Shown here piece by piece: positions 26,949 through 36,183 of a stretch of DNA of 53,856 bases (the stretch's first letter is position 1; each line of letters starts with the position of its first letter). The stretch is taken from positions 1 to 53,856 of the IMG/VR virus record IMGVR_UViG_3300025110_000018; one strand, 5' to 3'. Both the position numbers and the translations under genes were made by a program. Source of the DNA: a virus. Its lineage: Duplodnaviria > Caudoviricetes. The notes beneath the pieces are model-generated. The model saw only the letters and a list, made by a program, of their open reading frames with translations. It did not search any database and was not told the DNA's origin.

Positions 26949-28915
26949 TATCTTCTTCCGTCTGGTTGTGCATCAAGTCTTAGAGTTCCATATCTCCAAG
27001 TTTCACCTGTGCCATCGTTTTCTATCTTTAGTGCTACGAGTCTTCCTCTTGCACGGGTATCTACTTTATCAGTAGATGATGTAATTGTAAAGGGACCTAA
27101 CGGTGAGCTAGATGCTGTATTGTTCGGATAGTTATTTAATAGTAATGTGATTTTTGTATTACCTGTTTGTATAGCAAAATCAGGTATAAATCTTTTAACA
27201 GACATAAAGAACTCTCCATCTCCTTTGTAGTTTACCATTCCTGTGGCCTGACCCAGGGCGCTTTTACTTGATGTAATATCATAATCTCCAGATTTAATAA
27301 AAGCAGCAATCGCTGTTGTACCTGAACTGTTTACCTGATCAGTTCCTACTTCATGAGCATAATAAGTTGATGCTCCAAATCTATTTGTTATACCTTGAAT
27401 TTGAAAATTTGGAGTTGCAGTTTTATTATATTCTGTTGCATAGGGTGCATCAAATACACCTGTATCTATATAACTTGTTCTAGCTAGTGATCCTGTAGTC
27501 CAAACCTGTTCCCCATAATTATATGTAACCACTCTATCTATTTGCTCTGATCCTGATTTTGGATAAAACCAATTTACTTCATTATAAAGTGTATTATGCT
27601 CTGCATACACAAGTTCGCTTGCATTAAAGTTTATACCTAAATTATCACCATCAGTATTAAATACAAAGTCTTCAACTAAACAAGGTAATGATTTAACAGT
27701 ACCATCGTATGCAAAAAATCCACCTTCACCTGACATCCAGAATACAATACCATTAGAGTAACTCAAAGCTTTTTGACCAATCAATCCACAATTTGTACCA
27801 ACTTGTTTTACAGAAAAAGTAAATGGTGGACCAACAAATTGAATTACATACGCAGAGCTATCAGTTAAAACTAAAGTATAATCTTTACCAGATACAGCTC
27901 CTACAATTTTATTTCCTTTATCCAATCTAAAACTACCTGCAGTATTTGTAATATTTGATGCATACGTATTTAAATCTTCTTGATTAGAAAATCTTATAAA
28001 CATCGGATCAACAGTTAATGAATTACCAATTGTTGTTTCTGTTCCAAAATGAAACAAGTGTCTATCTCTATCTGACACTTGTGTTAATCTAGATGACGTT
28101 GGATTGTTTGTTGTTTCAAAATTTGTAGTTGTTGTTGACGCTCTAATTGTTCTTGCGCTTGCTGCACCTGCATTCCAAGTAAATGTTTTTCCTCCTGCAA
28201 TAGTTGCGACTAATACTTGTCCAAAATTATCAAGACTCCATTTTCCTGGTTCCAGAATTACGTCACTAGTTGTTCTCTCTGTGCCCCAAGTTGATGTGCT
28301 CCAAGTATCTGTGCCCCAACCATATCCTGCTGTTTGAAATGTAGGACCAACTTGAACGTAAGGATTAACAGTTGCAGAACCTGCAGCTGTCATTCCAGTT
28401 CCAGATTCATTTGATGCCATCGTAATTGTAAAACTATTTGTATCTGCTGTTACAACTTCATAAGGCGTGTCTTCAAAATCAGATGTTGTGTATCCTGTAG
28501 CACCGCCTCCAGGTAATGTTACAGAAGTAAATGTAAAAAATCTACCTGCAGTTAAACCATGAGATGTTTTATTAATTGTAACGGTTGCTGATCCAGTTGT
28601 AGATGTAAAAGTAAATCCAGTAATAGCAGTATCTAACGGAGATATATCGTAAAAGTCATTTCCATAATATAGAAATAAACCTTGTGATGTTCCTATCACT
28701 GCATATTTTTCTCCAGCGATACTTGTAAAACTGTGTTGAGCACGTGCTACTCCAGGTAAAGTTAGACTACCTGCTGTTAATTGATTCCAACCACCTATTT
28801 TTTCAGGTAGTCCATATCTAAATCTGACAAAATCACCATCAACCCATTGAGACTCGGCTCCGGATTCTGTTGTCATCTTATTAAAACCAGGCTTGAAATT
28901 TAATTTTTGTAGCAT
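26948..28915 (-). CDS. Tail nozzle / tail tubular protein (P22 gp10 / T7 gp12 analogue)
   Basis: 655 aa, beta-rich (IRFSNQED, VGTNCGLIG, VFWMS); podovirus tail position. Confidence 0.7.
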   Translation of the reverse strand: MLQKLNFKPGFNKMTTESGAESQWVDGDFVRFRYGLPEKIGGWNQLTAGSLTLPGVARAQHSFTSIAGEKYAVIGTSQGLFLYYGNDFYDISPLDTAITGFTFTSTTGSATVTINKTSHGLTAGRFFTFTSVTLPGGGATGYTTSDFEDTPYEVVTADTNSFTITMASNESGTGMTAAGSATVNPYVQVGPTFQTAGYGWGTDTWSTSTWGTERTTSDVILEPGKWSLDNFGQVLVATIAGGKTFTWNAGAASARTIRASTTTTNFETTNNPTSSRLTQVSDRDRHLFHFGTETTIGNSLTVDPMFIRFSNQEDLNTYASNITNTAGSFRLDKGNKIVGAVSGKDYTLVLTDSSAYVIQFVGPPFTFSVKQVGTNCGLIGQKALSYSNGIVFWMSGEGGFFAYDGTVKSLPCLVEDFVFNTDGDNLGINFNASELVYAEHNTLYNEVNWFYPKSGSEQIDRVVTYNYGEQVWTTGSLARTSYIDTGVFDAPYATEYNKTATPNFQIQGITNRFGASTYYAHEVGTDQVNSSGTTAIAAFIKSGDYDITSSKSALGQATGMVNYKGDGEFFMSVKRFIPDFAIQTGNTKITLLLNNYPNNTASSSPLGPFTITSSTDKVDTRARGRLVALKIENDGTGETWRYGTLRLDAQPDGRR

Positions 28916-28964
28916 ATAGTGCTTTATATCTTATAAATAAGGAAAATGAAAGTATCAATATAAT

Positions 28965-29468
28965 ATGGTAAAGTTTGATCCATTTGCTCATGAAAATCTA
29001 TTCTATGAATATATATTAAAAATTACCAATGAAGAAGTAAATCAAATTTTAATGATGGTAAAAAATTTAGATGCATATGGGTCCAAAGAAATCTCAGAGT
29101 GTAAAACTACTTTTACCACATTTAACATCTTGAATTTTCCTATATTAAAAAATTTAAAAAAACAAATCACTAATATTTTAGATAAACATAAATTGTTTCT
29201 AGATAACAATTGGGCTCAGTTATATAATACAGATCATGGTCACTCTATTCACTTTCATGAATCTTCTATATATTCTGGAATTATTTATATAAAAGGAAAC
29301 AATCCTAGCCCAACTGTTTTCTACAGTAAAAAGTTTAATCCATATGATCATAAATTTAAAGCTAATACATTATTATTGTTTCCTTCAATGATTCCTCATG
29401 AAGTTAAAACATTGAAAAAAGACGAGGAAAGATTAATAATATCTTTCAACGCTGGGAAAGTTTGTTAA
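28965..29468 (+). CDS. Putative 2OG-Fe(II) oxygenase (HxH type)
   Basis: HSIHFH..YSGIIY..LLLFPSMIPHEV..RLIISFN. Confidence 0.85.
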   Translation: MVKFDPFAHENLFYEYILKITNEEVNQILMMVKNLDAYGSKEISECKTTFTTFNILNFPILKNLKKQITNILDKHKLFLDNNWAQLYNTDHGHSIHFHESSIYSGIIYIKGNNPSPTVFYSKKFNPYDHKFKANTLLLFPSMIPHEVKTLKKDEERLIISFNAGKVC

Positions 29469-29475
29469 TAAAATT

Positions 29476-30021
29476 ATGGATCATTTAGAAGCAGTTGTTA
29501 AATTAGATAATATAATTGATAAAGATTTTATAAAAAAAATGATACCATTTATAGATCATAGAGCAAAAGAATATTTAACTACCACTGGAGGCTTACATAA
29601 AAATGTAAGAAATGTAAAAGGCTTTCATGTAAATAATGAAACTCCTACAAACATTTTTTATTGGAATTATATAAAGAAAGAAATAGAAAGATTATATAGT
29701 TTTTATAAAATTAAATTTCCAGCGATGGAAAGTTCTGAAATTAATCAAATAGATTTATTAAAATATGGGGTTGGTGGAAAATATGATTCACATACCGATC
29801 AAGGCACATCTGCACCAAGACATTTAAGTATTATTATGAATTTAAATAATAAGTATGAAGGTGGAGATTTAGTTTTTGCAGATCAAAAACAAAAAGAAAT
29901 AAAAAGATTAAAACTAAACACTGGATCAATAGTATTTTTTCCAAGTAATTTCATGTATCCACATGGTATTCAACCCATTACAAAAGGAACAAGGTATAGT
30001 ATAGTTGCATGGCTACAATAA
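29476..30021 (+). CDS. 2OG-Fe(II) oxygenase (prolyl-4-hydroxylase / PKHD-like)
   Basis: HTD..RHLS..YEGGDL..FPSNFMYPHGIQPITKGTRYSIVAW. Confidence 0.9.
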   Translation: MDHLEAVVKLDNIIDKDFIKKMIPFIDHRAKEYLTTTGGLHKNVRNVKGFHVNNETPTNIFYWNYIKKEIERLYSFYKIKFPAMESSEINQIDLLKYGVGGKYDSHTDQGTSAPRHLSIIMNLNNKYEGGDLVFADQKQKEIKRLKLNTGSIVFFPSNFMYPHGIQPITKGTRYSIVAWLQ

Positions 30022-30587
30022 AAAATAAATTAATTAAAAATTTTTTTAGTAAAGAAGAATTAAATATTCTTCAGAAATATTGTATTAATAAACTACATTC
30101 CACTACAGATTATTTTATTGATCCTCAATCTTTTTCTCCGGCGTGGTACAATGATTCTTTAATGGATACTTTGTTAGAAACTAAATTATCTTTTGTAGAG
30201 AAAGAATCTAAATTAAGTTTGTTTCCAACATATACATATTGGAGATATTATGTATACGGAGGATCGCTACGTAAACATAGAGATAGACCTTCTTGTGAAG
30301 TATCTATTACTGCATGTATTAAAAAAAATGATAACTGGCCTATTGTAATTGAAGGTAAAAAATTTGAATTGGATGAAGGTGATGGTATTATATATAATGG
30401 AGTTTTTCAAAAACATGAAAGACCAGGCATATATAAAGGTGAAGGTATGGCACAAGTTTTTTTTCACTATGTAGATAAAGCTGGACATTTCACAAGACAT
30501 CAATATGATAAGTATTTTAAAAATACAGGAAATAAAGCACACGAAGAGGATTTAAAATGGATGCGATTGAAAAAACCGTTAATATAA
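30009..30587 (+). CDS. 2OG-Fe(II) oxygenase-like protein
   Basis: LRKHRDRPSCEVS..GDGIIY..HER..QVFFHY. Confidence 0.85.
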   Translation: MATIKNKLIKNFFSKEELNILQKYCINKLHSTTDYFIDPQSFSPAWYNDSLMDTLLETKLSFVEKESKLSLFPTYTYWRYYVYGGSLRKHRDRPSCEVSITACIKKNDNWPIVIEGKKFELDEGDGIIYNGVFQKHERPGIYKGEGMAQVFFHYVDKAGHFTRHQYDKYFKNTGNKAHEEDLKWMRLKKPLI

Positions 30588-31156
30588 CTAACTTCATAGG
30601 TGTCTATGATAATTATATTAGACCAGAAGAATGCGATAAAGCTATTAAATTATTTGAAGATCAAAATAAATTTAATAATACATTAAATAGAATAGCTTTT
30701 GAAAAATCATCTATAACACATAAACAAGATCAACAATATTTTGCAGCACCTAATAATATAGATGTTTGGTGGGAATCATTAAAACCAATGATGTTAAATT
30801 TTGATATAGCTTGGAATCATTATGTAAAAAATACAGGTGCAGACCAAGCTTATGAAGAGTCTTTTTATTTTACAGATTTAAAAATACAAAAAACTTTACC
30901 TACAGAAGGTTATCATGTTTGGCATATAGAACATGGAAAAGGACATGAAAATGAACCTAGAGCTTTTGTTTATTCAATATATTTAAATGATGTTGAAGAA
31001 GGTGGAGAAACAGAATTCTTACATTTTTCAAAAAGAGTACAACCTAAAAAAGGTAGAATAGTTATTTGGCCTGCAGCATTTCCTTATTTACACAGAGGTA
31101 ACCCACCACTTTCTGGTGAAAAATATATTTTAACATCTTGGATGATGTTAAAATAA
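30557..31156 (+). CDS. 2OG-Fe(II) oxygenase (HxE type)
   Basis: GYHVWHIE..YLNDVEEGGETEF..WPAAFPYLHRGNPP..KYILTSW. Confidence 0.9.
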   Translation: MDAIEKTVNITNFIGVYDNYIRPEECDKAIKLFEDQNKFNNTLNRIAFEKSSITHKQDQQYFAAPNNIDVWWESLKPMMLNFDIAWNHYVKNTGADQAYEESFYFTDLKIQKTLPTEGYHVWHIEHGKGHENEPRAFVYSIYLNDVEEGGETEFLHFSKRVQPKKGRIVIWPAAFPYLHRGNPPLSGEKYILTSWMMLK

Positions 31157-31738
31157 TTAAGTTTTTATAAGATACATTACAGTTAGATAAGGCTGCACAA
31201 CCGAAGTAGCATCCCCAGAAAAATTGGCACTCATATTGTGGGAGTGACCACCACCTGAACCTGTATTACCTGAACCAGATGGACTGGCTGTAGGTCCTTG
31301 ATATGGGTGACTCATTGGTCTATTAGATCTATAAGCAGGATTAAAATTAGCGTATCCTTTGGGGTGACTATGAGAAGCAAGTTGTGGAGTTGATAAAGTT
31401 GCATTGGCTGTACTCCCCGCAACGTTTCCAGTTGTTGTTACAGTATTAGCACCACCTGTTGATGCTAAAGCTTTATTATTAGATTTTCCAATTGCTACAT
31501 TGTCAGACAAATTAGGAACAGCAAAAGTAGAGGAACCATCACCTGCACCATAAGTTGTCCCTACAATTGCAAATAATGCTGAATAAGTACTTCTTGAAAC
31601 TGTTTGGCCATTACATTCTAAATATCCAGACGGCACTGAAGAATCAGACCAAGGAATAATAGTTGCTGTAGGGATACCTTCAATGTCAGTAAGGTTTGCC
31701 CCATCGAAATCATATTTTGTTGCTTCGTAATTTGACAT
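31157..31738 (-). CDS. Tail-collar domain fibre-tip protein, paralogue 3
   Basis: PSGYLECNGQTVSRSTYSALFAIVGTTYGAGDGSSTF tail-collar signature; two HSH motifs; QPYL..YLIKT end. Confidence 0.88.
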   Translation of the reverse strand: MSNYEATKYDFDGANLTDIEGIPTATIIPWSDSSVPSGYLECNGQTVSRSTYSALFAIVGTTYGAGDGSSTFAVPNLSDNVAIGKSNNKALASTGGANTVTTTGNVAGSTANATLSTPQLASHSHPKGYANFNPAYRSNRPMSHPYQGPTASPSGSGNTGSGGGHSHNMSANFSGDATSVVQPYLTVMYLIKT

Positions 31739-32577
31739 AATTTATCCTAAGTTTTAATAATATATATTATAGTTAAATAAGGTTGTAAAACTGAAACAGC
31801 ATCACCACTAAAGTTTGCACTCATATTATGACTATGTGCACCTCCTGAACCAGCGTTACCTAAACTAGTATTTGTGTTACCGAATGCTGTATACTCTGGG
31901 TTATCTTGTCCAGGGTTGTTGTTTTTATTTGGAGGTCTAACATAAGTTGCAGCTCTTGGGTGACTATGAGAAGCAAGTTGTGGAGTTGATAAACTTGCAT
32001 TAGCTGTTGAACCACCTACGTTTCCAGTGGCTGCTACAGTATTAGCACCACCTGTTGAACCTACTGCTTTGTTATTTGATTTTCCAACCGGTACGTTATC
32101 TTGTAAGTCAGGTACATTAAAAGTACTTGAACCATCCCCAGCGCCATAAGTTGTACCTACAATTGCAAACAATGCAGAGTAAGTTGATCTTGAAACTGCT
32201 GCACCATTACATTCTAAAAAACCTGATGGGACTGAAGAATCAGACCAAGGCACAATAGTTGCTGTAGGAATTCCTTCAATACCTGTAAGGTTTGCTGCGT
32301 CGAAATCATATTTTGTTGCTTCGTAGTTTGACATAATTTATCCTAAGTTTTTATTACGTATATAATTGTTAAATAAGGTTGAATAACTGAAGTTGCATCC
32401 CCAGAAAAATTGGCGCTCATATTGTGAGAATGTCCACCACCTGAACCTGTATTTGGTGTAGCTGATCCATTTTTAGCTGCTGCTTGATATTGGGGTATAC
32501 TTATTTTTCTAAATCTACCTGGACCTGCAGCTACTCCTTGATTGTGATTATGAGAAGCAAGTTGTGGAGTTGATAAA
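31369..32577. repeat. Three identical 29-nt blocks TATGAGAAGCAAGTTGTGGAGTTGATAAA
   Basis: Copies at 31369-31397, 31965-31993 and 32549-32577, each next to the variable segment of a collar gene. Confidence 0.85.
31747..32334 (-). CDS. Tail-collar domain fibre-tip protein, paralogue 2
   Basis: Same signature as 31157..31738. Confidence 0.88.
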   Translation of the reverse strand: MSNYEATKYDFDAANLTGIEGIPTATIVPWSDSSVPSGFLECNGAAVSRSTYSALFAIVGTTYGAGDGSSTFNVPDLQDNVPVGKSNNKAVGSTGGANTVAATGNVGGSTANASLSTPQLASHSHPRAATYVRPPNKNNNPGQDNPEYTAFGNTNTSLGNAGSGGAHSHNMSANFSGDAVSVLQPYLTIIYIIKT

Positions 32578-32918
32578 GTTGCATTGGCTGTTGAACCACC
32601 TATATTTCCAGTTTTAGCTACAGTATTAGCACCACCTGTTGACGCTAAAGCTTTGTTGTTAGATTTACCTAATGCTATATTATCTTGAAGATCTGGAACA
32701 AGAAAAGTAGATGAACCATCACCTGCTCCGTAAGTTGTACCTATGATTGCAAATAAAGCAGCATACGTTGATCTTGAAACTGCTTGACCATTACATTCTA
32801 AATATCCTGATGGTACTGAAGAAGAAGACCATGGTATAATAGTTGCTGTAGGGATACCTTCAATACCAGTAAGGCTTGCACCTGAGTAATCATATTTAGT
32901 CGCTTCGTAATTTGCCAT
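32343..32918 (-). CDS. Tail-collar domain fibre-tip protein, paralogue 1
   Basis: Same signature as 31157..31738. Confidence 0.88.
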   Translation of the reverse strand: MANYEATKYDYSGASLTGIEGIPTATIIPWSSSSVPSGYLECNGQAVSRSTYAALFAIIGTTYGAGDGSSTFLVPDLQDNIALGKSNNKALASTGGANTVAKTGNIGGSTANATLSTPQLASHNHNQGVAAGPGRFRKISIPQYQAAAKNGSATPNTGSGGGHSHNMSANFSGDATSVIQPYLTIIYVIKT

Positions 32919-32926
32919 GTTTTCTC

Positions 32927-33334
32927 CTACGAAGAATATGATGTAGGTCTTGCGCCTAGTCTAGCAATTTTCTCCGATTCTGTTTCGTCTCTAAAAGTTT
33001 CTGATCCTTCTGGATCTTCAATTGATAAAGTATCTTCATCCCAATCTGACTGTAATTTAGATAAGTGAGCTGAGTCCCATCTATTACTAAATTGACTAAT
33101 GTCACCTAAATCTGCATCTGCATAACTACAATGAGGAGTTTCATCTCTGTGCTCTACTTCGTCAGAAGTATTAGAAGTGCCGTATTGAATAGCCCAAATA
33201 TTAGAAAATTTTGATTCATTCCAAAAAGCATCATCATCAATTCTGTATCCAACACCTTCATTAGCACCTTCTGCATAATTTTTAATGATTGCTTTATCTT
33301 CAAATACTATTGTCCAATTTCCTTTTGCTGCCAT
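32927..33334 (-). CDS. Acidic protein, possible fibre assembly chaperone
   Basis: Start MAAKGNWTIVFED after GGAG; IWAIQY..DEVE; lies between the fibre and tip genes. Confidence 0.55.
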   Translation of the reverse strand: MAAKGNWTIVFEDKAIIKNYAEGANEGVGYRIDDDAFWNESKFSNIWAIQYGTSNTSDEVEHRDETPHCSYADADLGDISQFSNRWDSAHLSKLQSDWDEDTLSIEDPEGSETFRDETESEKIARLGARPTSYSS

Positions 33335-33335
33335 A

Positions 33336-34037
33336 TTATTTCTCCGTGTAAGTCCATCCTGTTGTTGCATCACCTGAATAAACTAATTCAAGACCTGCAC
33401 CTTGTGTATTAACAACAAGGTCAGATGCTGCGTTTACTATATTAGAGCTGTTTCTGCCAATAGTCAACGCGTTAGTATTAAAATCGTATCCTTGATCTAC
33501 AAATGATACCGTGTCACCAGTGCTTGGTGATGCAGGTAGCGTAATTGTTACAGCTCCTCCATTTGTATTCACTAAGCATTTAGCACCTGCTTGAACTGTT
33601 TCAGATGCTGTAAATACTCTCCAATTTCTTTGTTCAGATAATTTTACAATGTTTGTACCATCAGAATATAATACATAGTTATTTCCTTCACATAAAAGAA
33701 CACCTGTACCTGATGATGTTTTAAAAGTTAAAGTGTTTCCTGCATGGTCACATGCATCTTGTACATTATAAACTTTTTCAATTCCATCCGGAATTGTTAC
33801 ATTTAAATTTCCCGCTAGAGTTCCTGTTAATTTAATAACATCATTTTTACCATTTGATATTGCACCATTAGTAAATGTTAGTGCTCTACTAGCATTAGTT
33901 ACGTTGAAAGTTGTAAAACCACCGATTGCTTGTTCTAAAATTAATAAGTTTGTATTTGTAATTTGTCCCCAAGTTCCCGAGTTTTCACCAGTAGCTTGAA
34001 CCGTTAATTTTAAATTAGCTGATGTTGAATTTGCCAT
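33336..34037 (-). CDS. Tail fibre proximal protein
   Basis: TGENSGTWG N-terminus; TITLPASPSTGDTVSFVD..LTIGRN..LVY..GW fibre domain. Confidence 0.75.
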   Translation of the reverse strand: MANSTSANLKLTVQATGENSGTWGQITNTNLLILEQAIGGFTTFNVTNASRALTFTNGAISNGKNDVIKLTGTLAGNLNVTIPDGIEKVYNVQDACDHAGNTLTFKTSSGTGVLLCEGNNYVLYSDGTNIVKLSEQRNWRVFTASETVQAGAKCLVNTNGGAVTITLPASPSTGDTVSFVDQGYDFNTNALTIGRNSSNIVNAASDLVVNTQGAGLELVYSGDATTGWTYTEK

Positions 34038-34059
34038 AATTTAAATTCCTTATTGTCGT

Positions 34060-34094
34060 TAATTTACTAAAAAATTGAGTTTGTGTCAAACTCA
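34060..34094 (-). promoter_or_regulatory. Sigma70 promoter whose -35 lies inside a terminator-like hairpin
   Basis: TTGACA, 17-nt spacer, TAAATT; inverted repeat TGAGTTTG-N3-CAAACTCA (34076-34094) followed by a T-run on the minus strand. Confidence 0.55.
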
Positions 34095-35054
34095 TTATGC
34101 AGCTCTCGTTGGTACTTCTTGCCAACCTGGTGGATCTATAGGTGCTGAACCTGTATTTACATTGTTCCAGATCAAAGCATTAGCAGAATTTAATGACATA
34201 GTCAAGGCGATTCCAGTGCATTGAGCAGTAGCATCTCCAACAACACTTTCTTCACTTAAAACTACTGTTATTGGTATTCCTGAAGGACTTGCAATAGTAT
34301 TTGCATTTCCAATTGCAGTTCCTAGATTAGCTGTCATAGCTATTCCAGTAATATCTGTTTCACCGGTACCTGTAACTACAGTTCCTGTGGCAACAGCCAT
34401 ACCAAATCCAATACCTGTAACTGTTGCATCTGGAGAAGGATCAACTGTTCCTTCATCAGCAGTCATACTAATACCAGTTAAAATTACACCACCGGTTCCT
34501 GCTGCTAATATTGTTCCAACATTTGAAGACATTGAAATGCCTGTTGGTGTTACAAATTCCCATTCACCTGAAACACCCCAATCAAATATACCCCAACCAT
34601 ATCTACCCCAACCTTCAGCGTTAAATGCATCAAGAGTTCCTACGTTAGCACTAAAACTAATTCCAGTTGCCATTGCATCAGGACCAGCATCAGCTGTTCC
34701 TAAATTTGTAGAAATAGATATACCTGTTACTGAACCTACACCAGTTGCATCTAAAACTGCTGTACCTAAATTTGATGTTGCAGAAACTCCGGTTGGAATT
34801 ACATTTGCATCTATAACAATTGATTCATTACCTAAAGAAGCAGAAGCAGTTACTCCAGTAACTCTAACGTCTCCTGAAATACCCCAAGCGTTTTCACCCC
34901 AAGCTAATCTCGACCAACCGAACTCTACAGTTCCGTCCGCTGTACTGCTTCCTGTAGAAGCAGACATAGCTATCCCGCTTATAGAGACAGTAGAATCAGT
35001 CTGACTGCCCCAATCTCCTACGCTCCATGCGAGTGAACCCCAAGTTTTAGACAT
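34095..35054 (-). CDS. G/S/T-rich tail or fibre protein with WG repeats
   Basis: WGxxxWG clusters and repeated TGIxMxxxxG units. Confidence 0.7.
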   Translation of the reverse strand: MSKTWGSLAWSVGDWGSQTDSTVSISGIAMSASTGSSTADGTVEFGWSRLAWGENAWGISGDVRVTGVTASASLGNESIVIDANVIPTGVSATSNLGTAVLDATGVGSVTGISISTNLGTADAGPDAMATGISFSANVGTLDAFNAEGWGRYGWGIFDWGVSGEWEFVTPTGISMSSNVGTILAAGTGGVILTGISMTADEGTVDPSPDATVTGIGFGMAVATGTVVTGTGETDITGIAMTANLGTAIGNANTIASPSGIPITVVLSEESVVGDATAQCTGIALTMSLNSANALIWNNVNTGSAPIDPPGWQEVPTRAA

Positions 35055-35073
35055 AGGAAGCTGCTCCTATGTA

Positions 35074-35514
35074 TTACCCAGAAATTCTTAGAATCGCTGC
35101 TGCTGTTGTAAAAGCTGGAAACTGTATCGTAAAAGTTCCTGATGTAGCTGTTTTATCTGCCCCAAAATCTAAAGCCGCAACAGCTGCATTAGTTGCAGTT
35201 GATGAAGTGTTATAGATTAAAGCTCCTCTAGCAGTCAATGTTACACCTGTGAAAGATCTATCAGCAAAATCTACAATCGCAACACCTGATGCAATTGAAG
35301 TGTTATTGCCTGTAAGTTTTCCGCCACCAGAAGTATATTGACCCGTGTTACTAACTTGATTACCTGCAGTAAAAGAAGTTGTAGCTGAGTTTAGAGTAGC
35401 TGAGGAAGTATAAAGAGCTATTTTAAAAACGTCACCACCCGAACTCGCGAACGAATGATCACCGTCTAACAGTTGCTTTTTGAACGAGTTTGCAAGTGCT
35501 TGTGTAATCGCCAT
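35074..35514 (-). CDS. Virion structural protein
   Basis: SFKKQLL..FKIALYTS..YTSGG..ARGALIYN..LDFG..GTFTIQFP. Confidence 0.75.
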   Translation of the reverse strand: MAITQALANSFKKQLLDGDHSFASSGGDVFKIALYTSSATLNSATTSFTAGNQVSNTGQYTSGGGKLTGNNTSIASGVAIVDFADRSFTGVTLTARGALIYNTSSTATNAAVAALDFGADKTATSGTFTIQFPAFTTAAAILRISG

Positions 35515-35529
35515 AGTTTTTTCTCCTTA

Positions 35530-36183
35530 TTATTTTCCACCGACTCGAGGAACACCACTTTGATATTCATCTCGTCTTCGTCTTCCCATTTGTTCTACTG
35601 AGAAGCCTTCAACAACTTGTTTATACTTTCCTTCGTATAATTGCAACAAATCATTTGGGCCCTTCAGAAAAGAAAATGCTTCAACTAAGCACGCATATAA
35701 TAAGCCATTGGGAAATTGTTGACTTAGATATGTAGTAGCATTTGTACTAGATAATCCGCTTGGTTTCAAGATATAATTTACCTGAATAGTATATGTAGCA
35801 TTAGGTGTAGGAGATACAACTATAGTATTTTCGTCCCAGTTGCTATAGTATTTTGGAACTCCTGTAGATTCAGTAGGATTAAATTCAGACATAAAACTAG
35901 TATCTCTATATTGTAAAAAATCTCTATTATTGGCTGCTCCCGTACCATCAGAATCTACAATCTGAGCTGATCTAATAGTTAATAAATTTTCTGGTGTAGT
36001 TATAAATCTTGTTCCAGAAACTAATTGAGCAGTTACATATCTTCTATTATTATCTGAATCTACATCTCTTAGTATTCTAAATTCTGCATCAGATATAATT
36101 CCATTTACAATAGTTGAAGTCAAAACATTTGCATCAACTTCTGTGTAATCCCTAATTTTTTGTACTAGTTCATCATACGTCAT
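35530..36183 (-). CDS. Head-tail adaptor-like protein
   Basis: MTYDELVQKIRDY, GVPKYY, PTPNATY, LLYACLVEA. Confidence 0.65.
   Translation of the reverse strand: MTYDELVQKIRDYTEVDANVLTSTIVNGIISDAEFRILRDVDSDNNRRYVTAQLVSGTRFITTPENLLTIRSAQIVDSDGTGAANNRDFLQYRDTSFMSEFNPTESTGVPKYYSNWDENTIVVSPTPNATYTIQVNYILKPSGLSSTNATTYLSQQFPNGLLYACLVEAFSFLKGPNDLLQLYEGKYKQVVEGFSVEQMGRRRRDEYQSGVPRVGGK

Noticed and set aside
31369-32577. CRISPR-like array from the 29-nt repeats
   Set aside because: Copies are about 590 nt apart and lie in frame inside paralogous genes.
31157-32918. Diversity-generating retroelement acting on the collar genes
   Set aside because: No reverse transcriptase in the window; the loops differ in length and at all bases rather than at adenines only; no non-coding template repeat.
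34387-35004. 205-aa plus-strand ORF, and other antisense ORFs such as 16527, 17274, 17943, 19692, 39315, 43184 and 46504
   Set aside because: They are shadows of well-supported minus-strand genes, with no SD or recognisable motifs.
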